A stretch of DNA of 64,000 bases, taken from the NCBI GenBank assembly GCA_947444305.1, contig CANEZP010000012.1, positions 74,010 through 138,009 of the forward strand. Direction: 5' to 3'. Below are positions 60,733 to 64,000 of this stretch, in pieces (the first letter of the stretch is position 1; every line of letters starts with the position of its first letter). Both the position numbers and the translations under genes were made by a program. Below the pieces are notes generated by a model. It worked only from the letters and a program-made list of their open reading frames with translations, made no database searches and was not told where the DNA came from. The stretch comes from Pseudobdellovibrionaceae bacterium (GTDB lineage Bacteria; Bdellovibrionota; Bdellovibrionia; Bdellovibrionales; UBA1609).

Positions 60733-62682
60733 TTAGCCGCCGAACTTCAGCTTCTTCAATAATTTTTTGCCCTCTTCTTCGAGCTTCTTGCCCTGGCCTT
60801 TGCCCTTACCGCCCTCGACTTGGGCTTTGGCGTCGGCGACGACCTTATCGACTTGTTCTTTTTTAAGACCTAAATCTTTGGTGAGGTTGGCGATGGTTTT
60901 GTCCATCTCGGCTTTGAGCTTATCGCGCTCTTTACCGATTCGCTGATCGACCATAGCCTTCAGCTGCGCTTGCGCCTGGGCTAATTTAGCTTGCAGCTGC
61001 TTTTGAAAACCTTTGGCGAGCTCTTCACCTAAATTGGAATTGATGTGCACGCTAAAGTCGCTGAAGCTGCCGCGCACTTGCGCGTTCAGATCGACCATCG
61101 GGATACCTTTTAGAATCGCGTCGATCGTTTCTTTCACCAATTTATTTTTAGCTTCGAGGTCATACTTGATGTCGTTGAAAGTGTTCTTGATCTCGAGGGT
61201 GATCTCTTCGTTCACGTAGGCGGCGACCAACTGGCTCGAACCGCTGCTCTCGGCGATGCCGAGTTTTACGTCGGAGCTGTCGGACAATTTATAGCTGCCG
61301 GTGGGAAATTTCCCAACCTTGAGACGTAAACCTTCTTGCGGCTGTTCGGTGCGGTGGTCGAGCGTGATAACGGCGTCGACGCCCATGACCTGCTGCTTCG
61401 GGAAATTGCCGGCGAGTTTGATCTCGGTGGGTTTGTTGATGAAAGCCTGGTCGGTGGTCAGATTGAGAATGTCGCCCTTGATGTCGCCGCTGAGTTCGGA
61501 AGTGCCGAGCTCGCTACTGATGCCCGCGTGCTTAAGCCAAAAGAGCGGGTAGCCCGTGGTGATCGGGAATTGGTAGTTCTTGCCCTCGCCGCGGCGGCGC
61601 GGAACGACGGCTTCTTCTTGCTTGGCTAATTTTTCGGCGGCGGTCTTTTTTGGCGGCATGTACTTTCGCGCGACCTGAATATATTTTTGGACCGAAACCA
61701 ACTTGCTTTCGACCATCGACATGAACAATTGCTGCGAAAATTCTTTGCTGTCTATTTTCGGAATTTTAAAACGCGTTTGTAGATCTTTGATGTCTTCTTG
61801 GACCATCTTCTCGAGATCTTTGAACGCTTGCGTGTAGACGGAGACGTCGCCGTTGACGTCTTTCGAGGTCTGCTCAACCATCTTCACCTTAGCGTCGGCA
61901 TCTTTGATGATTTTGTCGGCCTCTTTAAGATTAGCGGCAAGCTCGGCGGGATTTTTGACGTCGAACTTCAAAGCCTTCACGCGAGCTTCGTATTGCTTAA
62001 GCTCTTCCGGCTTGGGTAGATCTTTGATCTGCTTTTCCCATTTGGCCTTCTTAACTTCAAGTTCGGCTTGGAGGGCCTTGATGCGGGCGTCGGATTTGAG
62101 TTCGCCCTGCAGCGCTTTCAACTGTTCCTTTGGATCGGTGCCGCCGAGGATCGCCGCCACGTCGCCTAAGAAATTTTGGTTAAACTGTTTGCGCGTTTGC
62201 GCGAGTACTTGGTCTTGGGCTTTTTCAACCACCGATTTGCCCGTCGAGGGTGGTGAAGGTGGCACGACGTAACCCGGTTTTTTTCGCGGGGTAAGTGCCT
62301 GGATATTATTGATAGAAGCTTCGTCTACGACGACCTTCGCGCGCAGCAAAGCGTCCCACAACATCTTAAATTTGATCGAACCGACTTCGACGGTGTTGCG
62401 CTCAGGTTTGTTCTTGTCGGTCACTTCGATATCGCCGACGTCTAGGCTCGCGCCCAAGAAGCTGGTGGTCAAGTAACCGACGTTAACTTCGGCGCCGTTC
62501 ACTTGTGTTCCGACGTATTCGATAAGCCGGCGAACGTGACCGTCGAAAAATAACTTGAAGTATGCCCCCACGAGTAACGTGAGGATAAGTACCGGGATGA
62601 TCGCTTCGAAGCGAATCGGGCCCTTGGCTTTTTTCTTTTTAGCGGGCTGTTCGCCCGCCGCTTTATCCGTAGAGGTTGTCAT
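60733..62682 (-). CDS. Large membrane-anchored coiled-coil protein of unknown function (AsmA-like N-terminus; from memory resembles the TIGR03545 family)
   Basis: 649 aa. Basic N-terminus and one TM helix (IIPVLILTLLVGAYFKLF). Long K/E-rich heptad-like regions and a GKGKGQGKK tail. 20-nt overlap with the upstream gene. Confidence 0.6.
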   Translation of the reverse strand: MTTSTDKAAGEQPAKKKKAKGPIRFEAIIPVLILTLLVGAYFKLFFDGHVRRLIEYVGTQVNGAEVNVGYLTTSFLGASLDVGDIEVTDKNKPERNTVEVGSIKFKMLWDALLRAKVVVDEASINNIQALTPRKKPGYVVPPSPPSTGKSVVEKAQDQVLAQTRKQFNQNFLGDVAAILGGTDPKEQLKALQGELKSDARIKALQAELEVKKAKWEKQIKDLPKPEELKQYEARVKALKFDVKNPAELAANLKEADKIIKDADAKVKMVEQTSKDVNGDVSVYTQAFKDLEKMVQEDIKDLQTRFKIPKIDSKEFSQQLFMSMVESKLVSVQKYIQVARKYMPPKKTAAEKLAKQEEAVVPRRRGEGKNYQFPITTGYPLFWLKHAGISSELGTSELSGDIKGDILNLTTDQAFINKPTEIKLAGNFPKQQVMGVDAVITLDHRTEQPQEGLRLKVGKFPTGSYKLSDSSDVKLGIAESSGSSQLVAAYVNEEITLEIKNTFNDIKYDLEAKNKLVKETIDAILKGIPMVDLNAQVRGSFSDFSVHINSNLGEELAKGFQKQLQAKLAQAQAQLKAMVDQRIGKERDKLKAEMDKTIANLTKDLGLKKEQVDKVVADAKAQVEGGKGKGQGKKLEEEGKKLLKKLKFGG

Positions 62683-63187
62683 AGGAGTAGTACCATTTGA
62701 AGAGGGAGGTGGCCTGCATGGCCTTCCACATTTTAGTGTTCTTGATCTTCGCTAAAATTGTCTCGCGGTAACGGATGATGAGCATGCGGCTGATAAAGTA
62801 GATGAATGGACTTAACACAATCGCGACCACGCCCGATCCCATCACGATCGTGTTATTAAAGCGGGTGAGCGGCACGATCGGCATGTTGTACATCGCCGTG
62901 AACGTTTCCTGCAGACCGTCGAGCTCTAAAATTTTAACGCCGACCGAATGAAAAACGGGATCGAGCAACCAGGCGATGAACGCGAAGAAAAACGCGGCCA
63001 GAAACGCCGCGCCGGACTGTATGCGAAAAAAGAAAATGCAAATGAACACCAGCAGGGATTGCAGTGACAACAGCGGCGTCATGCCTAGAACAAAACCCGC
63101 CGCGATACCGGCCGCGATTTGGTTCTGCCCCGTTTCTGAATTCAACATCTTCAGAAACGCGAAGAGTTGTTTAAGTATTAAGGTCAT
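62663..63187 (-). CDS. Small polytopic membrane protein (DUF2062-like; from memory the TIGR03546 partner family)
   Basis: 174 aa, four hydrophobic helices. Stop overlaps the start of the 649-aa gene. Confidence 0.55.
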   Translation of the reverse strand: MTLILKQLFAFLKMLNSETGQNQIAAGIAAGFVLGMTPLLSLQSLLVFICIFFFRIQSGAAFLAAFFFAFIAWLLDPVFHSVGVKILELDGLQETFTAMYNMPIVPLTRFNNTIVMGSGVVAIVLSPFIYFISRMLIIRYRETILAKIKNTKMWKAMQATSLFKWYYSYDNLYG

Positions 63188-63230
63188 CCGAAAACCTCCT
63201 TTTTCCTTGGCTCAAGCCTTAGCCTTCGCT

Positions 63231-64000
63231 TTAGCTCTTGTGAAAAAACTTAATCGTTTGCTCGATCACGTAATCTTGTTGATCGTCGGTCATATCAGGG
63301 TACAGCGGCAAGCTAACAACGGTTTCGGCCATCTTGCGGCTGACTTCGATATTCATCGTTCGGCCGAGTTCGGTGTACGCGGGCTGGTCGGGCATTGTGC
63401 GCGGGTAGTGAACCGCGGTGGGCACGCCGTTCGTTTGCATGAACTTCTGGAACTCTTCGCGCTTAGCCATTTGCAAAGTGTACTGCGCCCAAGCGCTCGT
63501 GCGATTCGGTGCGAGCAGCGGGAGGAGCACGCCCTTCGCTTCGAGCTCTTTGAATTCTTTGTTGTAGCGAGCGGCCACGCGGTCACGCTGTTCCAGCTCC
63601 CAAGAAAAACGTTCGAGTTTAGGAATGAGGATCGCGCACTGGAGCGTATCGAGCCGCGCGTTCACGCCGATCCGAGTATGATAATAACGCGATTTTTGGC
63701 CGTGCACGCGCACTTCGCGCATCGCTTCGGCCAGGCCGTCGTCGTTGGTGAAGATCGCGCCGCCGTCGCCGTAGCCACCGAGCGGTTTCGCGGGGAAGAA
63801 TGAAGTCACGCCGACTTCCGACAAATTGCAACTGCGTTTGCCTTTGTACGTCGCGCCGAAACTTTGCGCGGCGTCTTCGATCACACGTAATTCGTGTTTT
63901 TTGGCGAAAGCATTGATCTCGTCCATCTCGGCGGGCTGCCCGTAAAGCGAAACCGGTTGGATCGCTTTGGTTTTTTCGGACAATGCTTTTTCAAGCTGGC
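63231..64000 (-). CDS. DegT/DnrJ/EryC1/StrS-family (WbpE-like) PLP-dependent sugar aminotransferase; N-terminus lies outside the window
   Basis: IEDAAQSFGA, TSFFPAKPLGGYGDGGAIFT (PLP lysine), VHGQ..RYYH..IGVNARLDTLQ. Frame stays open to the window edge. Confidence 0.85.
   Translation of the reverse strand, partial: QLEKALSEKTKAIQPVSLYGQPAEMDEINAFAKKHELRVIEDAAQSFGATYKGKRSCNLSEVGVTSFFPAKPLGGYGDGGAIFTNDDGLAEAMREVRVHGQKSRYYHTRIGVNARLDTLQCAILIPKLERFSWELEQRDRVAARYNKEFKELEAKGVLLPLLAPNRTSAWAQYTLQMAKREEFQKFMQTNGVPTAVHYPRTMPDQPAYTELGRTMNIEVSRKMAETVVSLPLYPDMTDDQQDYVIEQTIKFFHKS

Overview
This window is a chromosomal core region of a flagellated Gram-negative bacterium, moderately GC-rich by eye. The taxon cannot be fixed without a database search. 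A short 278-aa flagellin, a secreted trypsin-like protease, an NtrY-like kinase and many A/K/P-rich protein tails are compatible with a Bdellovibrio-like or deltaproteobacterial-type lineage, at low confidence.

Layout:
- 1-5.5 kb: tail of a sigma-54 activator, a FadL-type outer-membrane protein, a charge-segregated histone-H1-like protein, flagellin, and a hydrolase.
- 5.6-20 kb: clpB, an Atm1-type ABC exporter, then a very tightly packed same-strand run: ribE, ribB/GCHII-like, ribH, NtrY-like kinase, sigma-54 response regulator, proS, pyrF, rlmB.
- 20-22.8 kb: three lineage-specific secreted or membrane proteins.
- 23-55.7 kb: the classical translation/transcription supercluster. It runs tRNA Thr-Tyr-Gly-Thr, tuf, tRNA-Trp, secE-nusG-rplKAJL-rpoBC, then the str, S10, spc and alpha operons.
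- 55.7-64 kb: cell-envelope and polysaccharide genes.

No mobile element, CRISPR array or recognisable defence system is visible.

The observations most worth a second look:
1. A dispersed composite intergenic element (conserved hairpin box plus a variable 17-21-bp tandem array) sits in three convergent spacers. One copy carries a perfect 18-bp x6 array.
2. The ribosomal cluster departs from canon. rplX, rpsN and rpsD are absent from their usual slots. An orphan membrane-protein gene, preceded by a terminator, sits between rpsG and fusA. No tuf follows fusA. The spc operon carries long structured spacers.
3. A protein with an AKP-rich basic half and a poly-acidic tail, alongside A/K/P-rich extensions on many ribosomal and RNA polymerase (RNAP) proteins.
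4. A RibBX-type degenerate GTP cyclohydrolase II (GCHII) domain.
5. A coupled pair of envelope genes of unknown function downstream of a DegT aminotransferase.

All calls come from reading the sequence and the ORF translations. No searches were run, and small-motif coordinates may be off by 1-2 nt.
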